A stretch of 59,988 nt of DNA, counting the filler, from Globobulimina sp. (Eukaryota): NCBI GenBank assembly GCA_003354225.1. It is 6 parts of 6 records of this genome, joined end to end, with 100 filler letters (N's around TTAATTAATTAA, not from the genome) between each part and the next. Parts side by side here need not be neighbours in the genome. Positions count along the whole stretch, not along the records: positions 30,352 to 40,230 come from PIVH01000033.1; positions 40,331 to 50,111 come from PIVH01000034.1; 4 more parts are not named here. One strand, written 5' to 3'. This document shows, one piece after another, positions 32,702 through 44,139 of this stretch. Positions within the stretch are counted from its first letter, which is position 1; every line of letters begins with the position of its first letter. A program made the position numbers and the translations under genes. Below the pieces are notes generated by a model. The model was not told the origin of the DNA. It was given only the letters and a program-made list of their open reading frames with translations, and did not search any database.

Positions 32702-35700
32702 ATGTTTAGCTGCCCCAACAATGGCTGTATCAGCCCAATCGTCATAAATTATTACAATTTGCGCCTAATTCCTATGCCTTCCTACCTTTGTTTTGTAGTA
32801 TTATTACTATATTTGTATCAAATTAAATGCATCCATACCGCCATTAGCTCTCTTTTTTCCTTATTTATATGCACTGCCAATTTCTCTTTTTTCTCATACC
32901 CATTAATAATAAATCACCTTTTTTCTCTATTTCTAACCAATACTACCTCTTTTTTCTCCAATTTATTACCTTTATTTACCATTTTTTTCTTATTTTTATC
33001 TCATTTTAGTTCTTCTTTTTTCGATAATACGTTCATTGATTTGCATAATGTGAATATTGTCACAACCAATGCACTGAACCATTCTCCTTATTTTAAATTA
33101 CATTCAAAACCAATTCTTGTTTTAATCACTCTCAAAATAAAACATAGACAAAACAGTAGTGACCAAAAGCAATTCCGCTCTGCACTTGACACGCTGCAAA
33201 ATAACAGATTCTACCTCGGAATCAAGACAACGTACTCCATCCATAACTATTTTAATCATTACATGAACGTCATTCAAACTGAGTGTGTAACGGGATACAT
33301 GATCAGCACTAAGGATCATAAACACACACAATCACTGTATCGCTTTATTGAGCGATATCAACACAGACTGCGGAAAATCTATCGATATCTCAAAATCATA
33401 ATGGATAAATCATTGAGATGGATCACTGTGCGTATGCCACAGCATCGATATCACCCGATCAAATCCTATATTATAAATCACTTTCCATCACATATACCCA
33501 TTCGGTTTAAGAAGATACCATATCTCAATGAAACCGCTGAGCTAACACTTTACAGACAGCTCCATGCATTCAGTAAAAGTCCTGCAAAAGTTTTGGCTCT
33601 GTACGACTTTATACTCAAAAACAACTATGTAGAAAACGACGTGATTTTGAAACAAGCAGTCGCAAATAACAACTACCACATAAAATGGTTTGTCCCCACA
33701 GATAAAAAAGTACATGACATTAGAAATCATTGGCAAGGCACACATAACAGTTTAAATGTGAACATACACTCCGCAAATCGCGATAACTGGATAAATAATC
33801 AAAAAAACAATGCAGTTATCTCGTTAAACCAAATATTTAAGCAAGCGGTAAACAAATATCACACTACAAACACACAACTCCGTAATTATAAAAACTATTT
33901 AATAAATAAAGTAATACAGGGACACGTCAACAACGCAGCGCAATCCGATCATGATATTCCTGATATAATCCTAAAATATCCATTCATGCAAATATATGCA
34001 CCATCCATTGAACCAATAACATCGACCCAAATCAAATTGAAAAGCATGAAAATTGGATTTATGAACATCAATGGAAGTGCCAAAACTAAAATAAATCAAA
34101 TGCATCCATATATGCAGCAACTTGTAACCCATCACAAACTTGACATAATACTCTTAATTGACACCAGAACAAAACATCGACCAAATTGGAGACTACCTGG
34201 CTACAAATTAATGGCACATAAAGCGCCCATAGCCACAAATAATCTGCAGAATGTTGGAGGAATCCTAATTTATTACCGATATAACTTGAAAAATAAAATC
34301 AATTTAATCAAAAAAACGAGAGGACATAATACAGCATGGATCTCCGTGAAAATCAAAAACCAAATCAAACCCACATACATTGCCATAAATTACACTCGAA
34401 CATATAAACCAAATTTGAGTGATCGCAGTCTCAAATTTTATAACTCCCTCACTGACGATATAAATAATTACAAATCACAGTGCCATAATATGTACGTAAT
34501 TGGAGATTTTAATGCCAGAATGGGCTCTCTGACAATGGACCATAACACAAATGGCCACTACCGATACATGAAAATGATGCTTGATCGCACCAACCTAAAA
34601 ATAGCCAATCCACAATTTGCTCCTAAATTCCTTACCTGTTTGGCAAAAGGCGCCCAAAATAGTGGTGGTTCAATTATAGATTATGTAATCACCAACAAAC
34701 TAAGCTCCATTAAATCGATGCACGTTGATACTCATCCGGTCTTTATGGACCATAGACCAGTTGTGTTCACCTTAAATAACACCAAATGTGAGACCACCAC
34801 CATTGATAAACACCTAATACTAAGAACTGGCGCCCCCAACACCGCACTCATAAAAATACATGATAAAATAATAAAAAAATCCACAAAATACCTCAAACAA
34901 TTTACAGAGAACATAAATCAACCTCGCAACAAAAATGAACGACAATTCATCTCCCACATCACCTCCATCACTACGGCCTACATTTTGCATCTTGCCTCAA
35001 TCAAAGCGTTCGGTTTGGCGGATTTCAACACTATGAACAAATGGGCAACGCTGTCACGGAAACAAATCACATTAAACATAAAGCAGAGATTGTTAATGAA
35101 TACCAATAATAATACCAATGCGGGCAAAGAACTAATGGCAGCGGCTGAGGCAGAATATATTCAGAATAAACAGAATACCTTGACACAAAACACCATAAAA
35201 TTCAGCAATCTTAACCATTCCAACAAATTGAAGACCTTTAAAACGTATAACAAAAACAAGGATTTCATTTTGGATGAACCCTTCTTGCATTATAATAATA
35301 CCATAATGGATAAAAATGAGGCACTGTCGCAATTTTTCTGCAAAATAAATGGTCCCATAGATGACCCCAACGATAATCCCCATATACAAAACATAAATGA
35401 TTTCCAAAATGCACTCAATATGCCGTCGAACAACCATTTAACTTTCATTCCACAGATACCCACAGATGACCTAAAAATAACACATGAAACATCACCAATT
35501 CCTACAATCACAAATATTGAAATGAATGTAGATTATAAAGAGGAAGAGGATGTATTACAAACCCCGCACTACGACCCCAACTATGTCCCAATAACACAAC
35601 CCATCATGAACGAATTATATGCGTTGGAACATAGTGACCAAACCTATAACAGTGATGATGATGTAATTTTAGATATGACCTCCCAAACACTGCACTCCCC

Positions 35701-38700
35701 GCTGACTTGTACCAACTTAACTGAGGAAGATGAAAAAAAGGAGACAGAGGATGCCCCAAACTGCCAAAATACTCCAAAAACAAACAAAAAAGCTAAATAT
35801 CGCTCCATTGAATTGGCCATTTCCTATGCAAATCAAAACAGTGCTCCAGGATATGATGGAATAAAATCGGTACACCTCAAAACCAACGGAAACTCCATAA
35901 ATGAATTATTATGTACAATGTTCAATGTTTGGAATAAGTCGTTCTTCATTCCATATTACTGGAGACTCGGCACTGTGATACCAATATTAAAAACAAAAGA
36001 GGGCAACACGCCAAACCAATACAGACCCATTACATTATTACCTATCATTTTTAAGACATACGAAAGACTCATCCTCTGGGAAATGAGCATAAAACATAAA
36101 TTCAGAAGAAATCTACATACGTTGCAAGGCGGTAACAGATCCAGAAGAGGTGTGCCAGAACAGATTGGCTGTATCAATTTAATTGCAGAAACTGCCAAAA
36201 TGCGAGAGATTCCCCTTTATTGTGCCCTCCTTGACATCCGTAAGGCGTTTGACACAGTTTGGAGAAAAGGGCTCCTCTTCAAACTAAACAAGCAATTCAA
36301 AATACCACTAAATCTCTGCAAAATAATTCAGGCAATCTATGATAACACACAGTCTGCCATCAGAGATATACCCTTCATAACAAACAAATTCATGCTTCAT
36401 AATGGTGTGCTGCAAGGATCAGTCCTTTCACCTGTCCTCTACGCAGCATTCCTAAATGACCTAATTGAGGAACTACAAAATTCCAAATGTGGCGCCGCTT
36501 CGCCTGACCCCAATGAACTAATTGCCTGCACTCTGTACGCCGATGACATCATACTTACTGCGAATAAAATCTCCCACTTAAATAAGCTCCTAAAAATCTG
36601 CCAGAACCACAGCAACCATTGGAAATACCGATTTAATAATAAAAAATCTAAAACAATCATTTATAATGATAATACATTGAACAATAACAACATAAACACA
36701 TATAATATCAATGACATAATGCTAATAAATCATGAATACCATAATATAAATGCGATAAATAACAACAAACCCGCACCGATGATATTAATACAAAAACCTA
36801 TCAATCACAAAGTGTTGGCGATAAACATAAACAATACACTGCAATCCTATGATACCGATGAGATCCCACAAAAACACTTACAACGCTTTATAGACCATAT
36901 CAAATTCTACGATGATATCAGTAATAAACCATATCCGATAATGTGGGATAATATACGCTACGACCGAGACTTTGCACCGTCAGTAATGCATCTAAAGCTG
37001 AGACTCAATGGAGAAAGTCTACACTGTACAACTTTCATCAGATATCTAGGTGCTATGTTGTGCAGCTACGACTGCTCCAACTTGGTGTCGACGGAGTATA
37101 CAAATGCGGCGTTCCTTAAAAAACTTGACTCAAAAGCTCACATTTTGTCGACCTTAGACTTTAACCACATTTATATTTCACTCGCTGACAAAATACGAAT
37201 ACTGAAGACGTTCTACCTAGTCTACACAGAAATATTTGCACAAATTCTTGATTGTGACAAAATAAAACTCAAACAAGCCACAGACAAACAACTCAAAACA
37301 ATCCGTATACAAACAAAAATAAAAGACTTTGTTCCCGCGCAGCTTTACCTTTGGGCAGGAATCCCCACACCATATGAGAGATGGGTATCACTCAAAATCT
37401 CATTTTATTGGAAATTAATAAAAGGAGGAAACATTTCAATGATGCACCAATGGGCAAAACTCCCCCATATCCATCACCACAAACTCTTTAAACAATATAT
37501 TGATTTGAAAAACAAATGGCTGCCGCCAGTACGCCAAACCACAAACAATCGCATAACTTGGACAAACCCATTTGATTCTGTCACCCATTCACACGAACTA
37601 AAACCACTAATTGTAAAAAATCAACACATACAAATAATCAATAATTTAAATCATTACCATCCAATCAAAATCCTAAATCATGTCACAGATAATTACAAAC
37701 CGATGAATAGCTACGAACTCAACGAATTGGCAGATTACGTAAAGAATAATATGATAACTGTATATAGAGAGATATTCTATAATTTCAATACTAAAAATAA
37801 TTACTGCCACCTCTGCCATACTCGTACAAATATACCAATTGAATACCACTTAGCAGTGCTCTGCCCAAACCTAAACACCTTGAGACATGAATACTGGAAT
37901 CATGCCTCTGCAATATTTGCAAAAAGCGGCGCGGCAATAAACAAAATACATCATCATCTTTACATGCAACGACTAATTGAAATGTGCGAAAATGTCAATA
38001 CACAAAAAGCCCAATTCTGGAAAATCCTATGTGGTGCAAATATATACAACACTGACACCAATAATTTCACCTACATACATAAACAAATAAACATTAACAC
38101 AAATAAACATACCTTATACAGAGAGGTAATCTCCCAAACACACCGCTGGCTCTCCCACACACTCGACATAAACAATGGCAATAGCACCATAAGACGCATC
38201 CGATCCAAACACAACTTAGTCCCCTCAAAAATGATAATATTCCACACACGCAATGACAATTTCCATGAATGGAGATATTACCAACATAAAATCAACAGTA
38301 ATGACCTAATAATCGCCACAGACTCATCTCGCGATCCACAAACAAACACTGCAGGCATAGGCATCTGCATCATAGACAGAAACAAAATACATTGCTTCAC
38401 ACAACCTATTGGCCCGCAGTCTAATCATTATGGCGAACTCTATGCCATTCACAAATCACAATTCCTCCTCAATTACTGCAAAATAGATACTTCCAATCGG
38501 AGAATCTTAATATTTACGGACTCTTTATTCAACTTCCTTCCCCTCATAATCACTCCAAAAAATCCAAATAACAAACCACTATCCATCCTATTTAAGAACA
38601 CACAAAATTATATCAAACGTAAACAAATCATATTATGGAAAGTAAAATCACATACCAAACCCCACCAACAACCCTTTAATATGATTGCAGATATCCTAGC

Positions 38701-38881
38701 AAATATTGGCCGACAACACCCCTACAATTCTAATGTAATCACCACAAACTATAATTCAATCAGATATGCAAAATATAAATCATTCCTCTATCCTCAGGGT
38801 ATCATACCCAATGACCTTTACTCTCTCGCCGGGATGTTCAAGCAATCGGTGAGTATGGAGCCAGACTTAGATCCTGGCTGA
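32702..38881 (+). CDS. Retrotransposon 2 ORF2 polyprotein (2059 aa)
   Basis: APE: FMNING, GDFNAR, IIDY, MDH. RT: APGYDGI, YRPITL, LDIRKAFD, GVLQGSVLSP, YADD, YLG. Zinc finger: CHLC...YHLAVLC. RNase H: ATDSS, GELYAI, FTDS, VKSH, NMIADILA. Confidence 0.93.
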   Translation: MFSCPNNGCISPIVINYYNLRLIPMPSYLCFVVLLLYLYQIKCIHTAISSLFSLFICTANFSFFSYPLIINHLFSLFLTNTTSFFSNLLPLFTIFFLFLSHFSSSFFDNTFIDLHNVNIVTTNALNHSPYFKLHSKPILVLITLKIKHRQNSSDQKQFRSALDTLQNNRFYLGIKTTYSIHNYFNHYMNVIQTECVTGYMISTKDHKHTQSLYRFIERYQHRLRKIYRYLKIIMDKSLRWITVRMPQHRYHPIKSYIINHFPSHIPIRFKKIPYLNETAELTLYRQLHAFSKSPAKVLALYDFILKNNYVENDVILKQAVANNNYHIKWFVPTDKKVHDIRNHWQGTHNSLNVNIHSANRDNWINNQKNNAVISLNQIFKQAVNKYHTTNTQLRNYKNYLINKVIQGHVNNAAQSDHDIPDIILKYPFMQIYAPSIEPITSTQIKLKSMKIGFMNINGSAKTKINQMHPYMQQLVTHHKLDIILLIDTRTKHRPNWRLPGYKLMAHKAPIATNNLQNVGGILIYYRYNLKNKINLIKKTRGHNTAWISVKIKNQIKPTYIAINYTRTYKPNLSDRSLKFYNSLTDDINNYKSQCHNMYVIGDFNARMGSLTMDHNTNGHYRYMKMMLDRTNLKIANPQFAPKFLTCLAKGAQNSGGSIIDYVITNKLSSIKSMHVDTHPVFMDHRPVVFTLNNTKCETTTIDKHLILRTGAPNTALIKIHDKIIKKSTKYLKQFTENINQPRNKNERQFISHITSITTAYILHLASIKAFGLADFNTMNKWATLSRKQITLNIKQRLLMNTNNNTNAGKELMAAAEAEYIQNKQNTLTQNTIKFSNLNHSNKLKTFKTYNKNKDFILDEPFLHYNNTIMDKNEALSQFFCKINGPIDDPNDNPHIQNINDFQNALNMPSNNHLTFIPQIPTDDLKITHETSPIPTITNIEMNVDYKEEEDVLQTPHYDPNYVPITQPIMNELYALEHSDQTYNSDDDVILDMTSQTLHSPLTCTNLTEEDEKKETEDAPNCQNTPKTNKKAKYRSIELAISYANQNSAPGYDGIKSVHLKTNGNSINELLCTMFNVWNKSFFIPYYWRLGTVIPILKTKEGNTPNQYRPITLLPIIFKTYERLILWEMSIKHKFRRNLHTLQGGNRSRRGVPEQIGCINLIAETAKMREIPLYCALLDIRKAFDTVWRKGLLFKLNKQFKIPLNLCKIIQAIYDNTQSAIRDIPFITNKFMLHNGVLQGSVLSPVLYAAFLNDLIEELQNSKCGAASPDPNELIACTLYADDIILTANKISHLNKLLKICQNHSNHWKYRFNNKKSKTIIYNDNTLNNNNINTYNINDIMLINHEYHNINAINNNKPAPMILIQKPINHKVLAININNTLQSYDTDEIPQKHLQRFIDHIKFYDDISNKPYPIMWDNIRYDRDFAPSVMHLKLRLNGESLHCTTFIRYLGAMLCSYDCSNLVSTEYTNAAFLKKLDSKAHILSTLDFNHIYISLADKIRILKTFYLVYTEIFAQILDCDKIKLKQATDKQLKTIRIQTKIKDFVPAQLYLWAGIPTPYERWVSLKISFYWKLIKGGNISMMHQWAKLPHIHHHKLFKQYIDLKNKWLPPVRQTTNNRITWTNPFDSVTHSHELKPLIVKNQHIQIINNLNHYHPIKILNHVTDNYKPMNSYELNELADYVKNNMITVYREIFYNFNTKNNYCHLCHTRTNIPIEYHLAVLCPNLNTLRHEYWNHASAIFAKSGAAINKIHHHLYMQRLIEMCENVNTQKAQFWKILCGANIYNTDTNNFTYIHKQININTNKHTLYREVISQTHRWLSHTLDINNGNSTIRRIRSKHNLVPSKMIIFHTRNDNFHEWRYYQHKINSNDLIIATDSSRDPQTNTAGIGICIIDRNKIHCFTQPIGPQSNHYGELYAIHKSQFLLNYCKIDTSNRRILIFTDSLFNFLPLIITPKNPNNKPLSILFKNTQNYIKRKQIILWKVKSHTKPHQQPFNMIADILANIGRQHPYNSNVITTNYNSIRYAKYKSFLYPQGIIPNDLYSLAGMFKQSVSMEPDLDPG

Positions 38882-39027
38882 ATGTTCCCCCACTACTACA
38901 AAAGAAGTGTTTAGAAGTGTGAACCTAAAAAGTCAAATATGTTATTTGTTCTCAAATGGTAATAATATAAAAAATAAGAGAAAAAGTGATTAAATGGTAA
39001 GATTTTTGTGGGTAAAATTGGTTATAA

Positions 39028-39978
39028 TTACTTTTGCAGTTTAATTTCAGTTTTGTTCCGTTTTTTTTTGTCTTGGCGTTTGAGCCATTTGTTTGGATTT
39101 TTATGTGGCCATTCCGTGATATCACAATGCAAAAAATGCGATACTTTGTCCAGATCCCCATTCTCAATGTCAAATTGGATGAATTTTGCTTGTGATTGCT
39201 TCTCAAAGTATGAGCTAACATTGTTATAATGATTGGAGATCCACAGTTTAAATTCGCTATCATCAGCACCATGTCCTTTGGGCAGATTCGGGATATCAAA
39301 ATGGGTCAATCTCCATCGATAGTTTGATGAGCTGTTCCTTGGTAACCACGGAGGCCAATGGCTAAATGATCGCATGTGATTGCTGAAATTCCTATAATTC
39401 AAAATAAAATATGAATCATTGTATTGTTGATAGAACAATTTATACCAACTAATTTGAGGCCAAATACATCGAGATTGCCGCATGCAAATATCCATTTGGG
39501 TAAAAGCATTATATTCATCATTGAAATAATACAATAAAGGCCTATTATTTTCAAATGCTTTTTTAATCAAAACACCAGCCATATACAAAAGTGTCGTGCG
39601 AGTTAAATTTATACTTTTATTGGTATTGGCATTGTTGGTTTCCGTTTCATCCAAATACCAAATTGGTTTTATATTACGCACTCCCCAATGAACAGAGTTG
39701 CATCCTATGTTTTGAAATAATGAGTGGAATGTACTTGTTCCTGCTTTCGGTAAACCCAACAAAATGATTTTTTTGCTATTGTTTTGATCACAGACACATT
39801 GTTCATTTACTTCATTAATATTTGGTGCATCATATGATTTTTGATTCGAAAGTTTCAAATGATTCATCACTTGAGACGATACCGAAAAGTATGGAAGTAA
39901 ACCAATGTTGATCAGCAATAGTATTATGATCATAATAATGGTCACCAGAAAACGTGATAGTTTATTTGTTCCTGTCAT
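39028..39978 (-). CDS. Type II membrane sulfotransferase-like protein
   Basis: N-terminal TM anchor; PAPS-binding-loop-like IILLGLPKAGTST; FILNYR...S second motif. Confidence 0.7.
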   Translation of the reverse strand: MTGTNKLSRFLVTIIMIIILLLINIGLLPYFSVSSQVMNHLKLSNQKSYDAPNINEVNEQCVCDQNNSKKIILLGLPKAGTSTFHSLFQNIGCNSVHWGVRNIKPIWYLDETETNNANTNKSINLTRTTLLYMAGVLIKKAFENNRPLLYYFNDEYNAFTQMDICMRQSRCIWPQISWYKLFYQQYNDSYFILNYRNFSNHMRSFSHWPPWLPRNSSSNYRWRLTHFDIPNLPKGHGADDSEFKLWISNHYNNVSSYFEKQSQAKFIQFDIENGDLDKVSHFLHCDITEWPHKNPNKWLKRQDKKKRNKTEIKLQK

Positions 39979-40230
39979 TAATATTGTGACTCTAGATTAA
40001 AAATAGTGTGAGTTTGAACTTAAATATTTATGCTGCAAACACAATTTCTCAGTGTTATTGTATCATTTATACATTGGAATCAGAATTTGCTGAAGTTCAC
40101 AATGTTTCACATAACTCAATCTTTTATCGTTTTTGTCCGATAGTTGATTTATATCCGCAGATATTTCATTTTTCATTTGAGAATCAGATAATCAATAATA
40201 TGGAAAGAATAAATTTTGTGGAGGATCATC

Positions 40231-40330
40231 NNNNNNNNNNNNNNNNNNNNNNNNNNNNNNNNNNNNNNNNNNNNTTAATTAATTAANNNNNNNNNNNNNN
40301 NNNNNNNNNNNNNNNNNNNNNNNNNNNNNN
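40231..40330. other. Artificial contig linker
   Basis: N44-TTAATTAATTAA-N44. Confidence 0.99.
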
Positions 40331-43300
40331 TCAACAGACCATTGCAAATATGATTCGCGTGTCTGACCACTTTTCGATGATGATAATTCATTAATTTTTT
40401 TATATTTGTATTTATTCCGTAAATCTTTTTTTAATTCAAATAATTTTAATGTCGATTCCGAAGCTCTTTCAATTGGTTTATTCTTATTAAAATCATTAAA
40501 TACATTTAAATTTTGATTAATTGTTTGTGCTTTATCTTTAACAAAAGATTTTATTCCATTTTCTTGCAATGTTTGTGTAAATGTACAATAATTATTTGCA
40601 TTCTGTGCTCTTTTCAATCTCCATTTATCCAATTCTTCTCGCTTTCTTTTAATTTCTTGTTTTTGTCTTTTTTTATATGGTTTCCAACATTGTTGATATA
40701 TAAAATACACTGTCAATAAAATAAAATCAGCAAAGGCGCTGATAACACCCCAGGAAACAATTGAAAAAACAAAATGATTGTTCGAAGAGATTGAAAAACG
40801 ATCAATTAATAATCCCGTACATAACGATATTATCACCAAAGCAAAGAAAAATGCTAAATTATACTGTTGCAATATATGCTGTTTTAATTGTTCAACTTGT
40901 AACAATTTATTTGAATTTTTAAATGCATCAAACGGTCTTCGATCGATTTCATTATCAAACTGTTTCTCAATTAATGAGCAATAATATGCCAAAAATCTGT
41001 ATTGTTTTCTGGCTTCTTTATGCCGAATACTTTTATTTGAACATATACATTTGCATTAATTCAGATTATGCATAAACACACCTAATCATTTTGTATTCAA
41101 TCAGCAAATATGGCAAATTGTAATGAAATTGAATAAAAAAACCCAAAACAATCACCAATAAAATAACAAATGACGAATGATATGCTTTGTGGGTAAAATA
41201 AAATAATATACAAGTGATAGATATTCCTAATTCAGAGATAATTAATAATGTTTTACAATAATTGATACTCAAAACCTTATCGATAATAAACATTTGGATC
41301 AATAAAGAACCAAAAACTGTAAATAACATTATCAGACAAGCGTGTCTTATCTCGTTCATCAATTCATTCTGCTCGGAATGTGTCAATGCATCGCAATTAT
41401 TATCTTCTATAACATGATAAATATGTTCTGCGGATAGTTCCTGTCCTGCAAAAATTGTGAAAAAATATAAAAAACTTATCACACACAGCCAACCAAAGAA
41501 ATATATCCACCAAAATAATACCAATTCGAATGGCATTTTCATACTCAATCCATTTTCATCTGATTCCAATCCAAATAATACATTTTTTTCATTTTGCGTT
41601 GTCACCGATATCATATTCCACGCATTTATCTGGTTTCTAATTTTTTCATTGTTTTTACAAACCTCATCGTCTCTTAGTTTCTGACTCAAATGCCAATCCA
41701 TATAAATCTTCACCGATTCTTGATGTAATTGAATACCATCAATCAGGAAATAGCAACATTTTGTTCTGGGATTGATGTTACACATTCTAGTTAAGTCAAA
41801 CGACAGTTTTGTTTGCACTGTCGGAACTAAGCAATCCATGGCCAACGATTTTGTTTGCTGACAGCTTGGATTTAACATTAAGGCGCTATGTTGGCTTAAT
41901 ATACTCATTGGTAACACTGATATATTAAAATTATAATTTAAGGGACAATTTGCATTTCGAACTTTTTTTTTGTTAATTTTCTGTTTCCTCGTCCTGGCTA
42001 AGGACGCCTTGAACTTATAAAAATTTTTCTTTTTTTTTTTGATTTTTTTCATTGCATAAGCATGGACATAGATGGTGAAGAAAGTGACAATCAATAAGCC
42101 AACCACAGTTATAACACACGTGAAGGTAAAACATACGTCAATGTGACCATATTTGTGCGAGAACACTCGTATATTTCGCACAAACGCAAAAGATAACCAA
42201 TCAATCGAAGCAAAGGAATATCCCAAACATCGACCAATTATTTGATAGATTGATATCGATCTTTGCGAATATTTCAAATAATAATTGTATTCATCGATAT
42301 CATAAATCTGTGTCGCTAATGCATCAAACGAAGATATATAATTTTTCTCTGCTTTTTTGCTCAGATATTGTCTGCTTGCATCGTTATAATAACTTTCTAT
42401 AGTTTTTTTGCGTAAACTAAAAAACTTTTTGCTGGATATTTTGGCCATGGCGTCGTTCATAATCAATCTTAACGGAATCAGTAAATATCCCAATGATAAG
42501 TTCATGATTGTATAACCTATAAATTGTAATCAGCAGATATGTTCACATTTTTTTTATAGCACACAACACATATTTTATATATGTACGTAGTGTGAATCTA
42601 TAAACAAATCAACAAACCAAGAATAGAGACAATGATTCGGAAGGGAAGGATGGGGCATTTGTGAAATTTGCCAGCTGGCAAATCCTGTTTATGATGCTGC
42701 GGGAAATGATACTCGCTGTGGTCAAAAAAATTTAATTGCACTGCAATGACATTAGAATGAGGAACAATGATAAAGCCGACAAGAAATAAAATAGCAAATA
42801 TAAGCAGCACCAATTGGGCATAGTAATATTGGTGGTGTTTATAGATAAATTTATTGACGGCACTATAGACTAAGGGTTGCAGCCAGGAGTCGAATATTGG
42901 AATGAAAAAAAGTATCCATGAGATGCAATAATACGGAGTGTTGGAAAGAAATAAGTACGGAATAATTAAGCATTCGACAATGGTCCAACCAAACTCTACT
43001 ATGCATATACCACAACATGCGGATTGAATCACCATTCGCGTCCACCAGTGGTGTTTGGTAATACGTGATGGTTTTTGTAAGTCGTCATCAGACGTTGATG
43101 GTGTATGAGAATCGTTATATTCATCACTATGTTCATAACCGTCAATGCTTTTTTGTTTTAAGCCTATGAGCGAGTGGGAGGCGGAAGGGAGCGGTCCAAT
43201 ATAATGCGAGTGTGTGTTATTCCGATCTTGTTTTTTATGTTTTTGTTGCGTGGCTTTTTTGGCAGGTTTGAAAGCGAAATGTTTATCAATATGAGTGTTT

Positions 43301-43473
43301 GGTATGTTGTTTGATAAAAGGTATGATTTGATACCAGAAGATGTCGTCGATGATACACTCAATTCTGATGAATCATAAATGTCTGCAGACAGCCTAAGCG
43401 CGTCTGTTGTGTCATTAGTAGTGGTGATTACAATTGTTTGTGGTTTTGAGTTTTTGCAGTGCGTGGAATACAT
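40331..43473 (-). CDS. Divergent SLC45/sucrose-transporter-like MFS protein, at least 3 exons, 3'-truncated
   Basis: VEFGW...LIIPYL...WLQPLV, PLRLIMND, FFGWLCVISFLYFFTIFAGQEL and LPYLLI resemble SLC45/SUT motifs. ORFs 42598-43593, 41066-42505 and 40279-40992 are separated by intron-sized gaps. Confidence 0.65.
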
Positions 43474-43553
43474 GATTTTTGGGTGATGGTTTAACCTGTT
43501 TTTAATTTGTAAAACACTCGTGTTTGAAGCGCAAGGTACGTTATGGGACAATG

Positions 43554-44090
43554 TTATCTCATTCTGAAAATAGAGATAGGTTCTAGAATCCACAAATGTA
43601 ATTTCGTTTTATATTCATCCAAACTTAAACCATTCAAACTTGTAATCCTTAGGTTTATTACCTCAACAAATGGTGCCAATACTTTGACAAAAGAAGGATC
43701 CATTTTGGAGATTGTAGATAAATCATATGTGTCATCGGTTAGTTTTGCTTTATACGCTACGAATGAGTATAGTAATCGCAATATTTTCTTTTTCCAAATA
43801 TATTGTCCAATTGCATGATGCGTCCAGATTTGCTGTTTGTGTCTCCATGCTAAGGTATCTATCAATTTACTGATCATTTGTATGGTAATAAATTCTCCAT
43901 TATTCAACATCCATATTTGAGATAACTTATCTTTATTTGATGAATTCAAACGATAAAAATGAAAACACACAACAACAATCGACGTTGGTATTCTTTGCGG
44001 ACTAATCTGTACTTGCATACGTATATATCCTTCAACTAACAGCAAATACCATTGTGGCACATTTTGAAGACGTCTGAGTGTGGAAGACAT
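43554..44090 (-). CDS. Hypothetical protein
   Basis: 178-aa ATG-initiated ORF with an LLVEGYIR...IP..IV..CF.FY N-terminal motif. Confidence 0.5.
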   Translation of the reverse strand: MSSTLRRLQNVPQWYLLLVEGYIRMQVQISPQRIPTSIVVVCFHFYRLNSSNKDKLSQIWMLNNGEFITIQMISKLIDTLAWRHKQQIWTHHAIGQYIWKKKILRLLYSFVAYKAKLTDDTYDLSTISKMDPSFVKVLAPFVEVINLRITSLNGLSLDEYKTKLHLWILEPISIFRMR

Positions 44091-44139
44091 TGTGTTTATT
44101 AAAGTAAAGCAACCGAAAACTTGTTAGAAAAACGCACAA

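Larger units (their letters stand above)
30352..38930 (+). mobile_element. Non-LTR retrotransposon 2 (5' end cut by the contig edge; ORF2 = extension-APE-RT-CCHC-RNase H)
   Basis: Two intact tandem ORFs and a short 3' tail with AGAAGTGT twice. The 3' boundary is approximate and no TSD can be tested. Confidence 0.9.
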
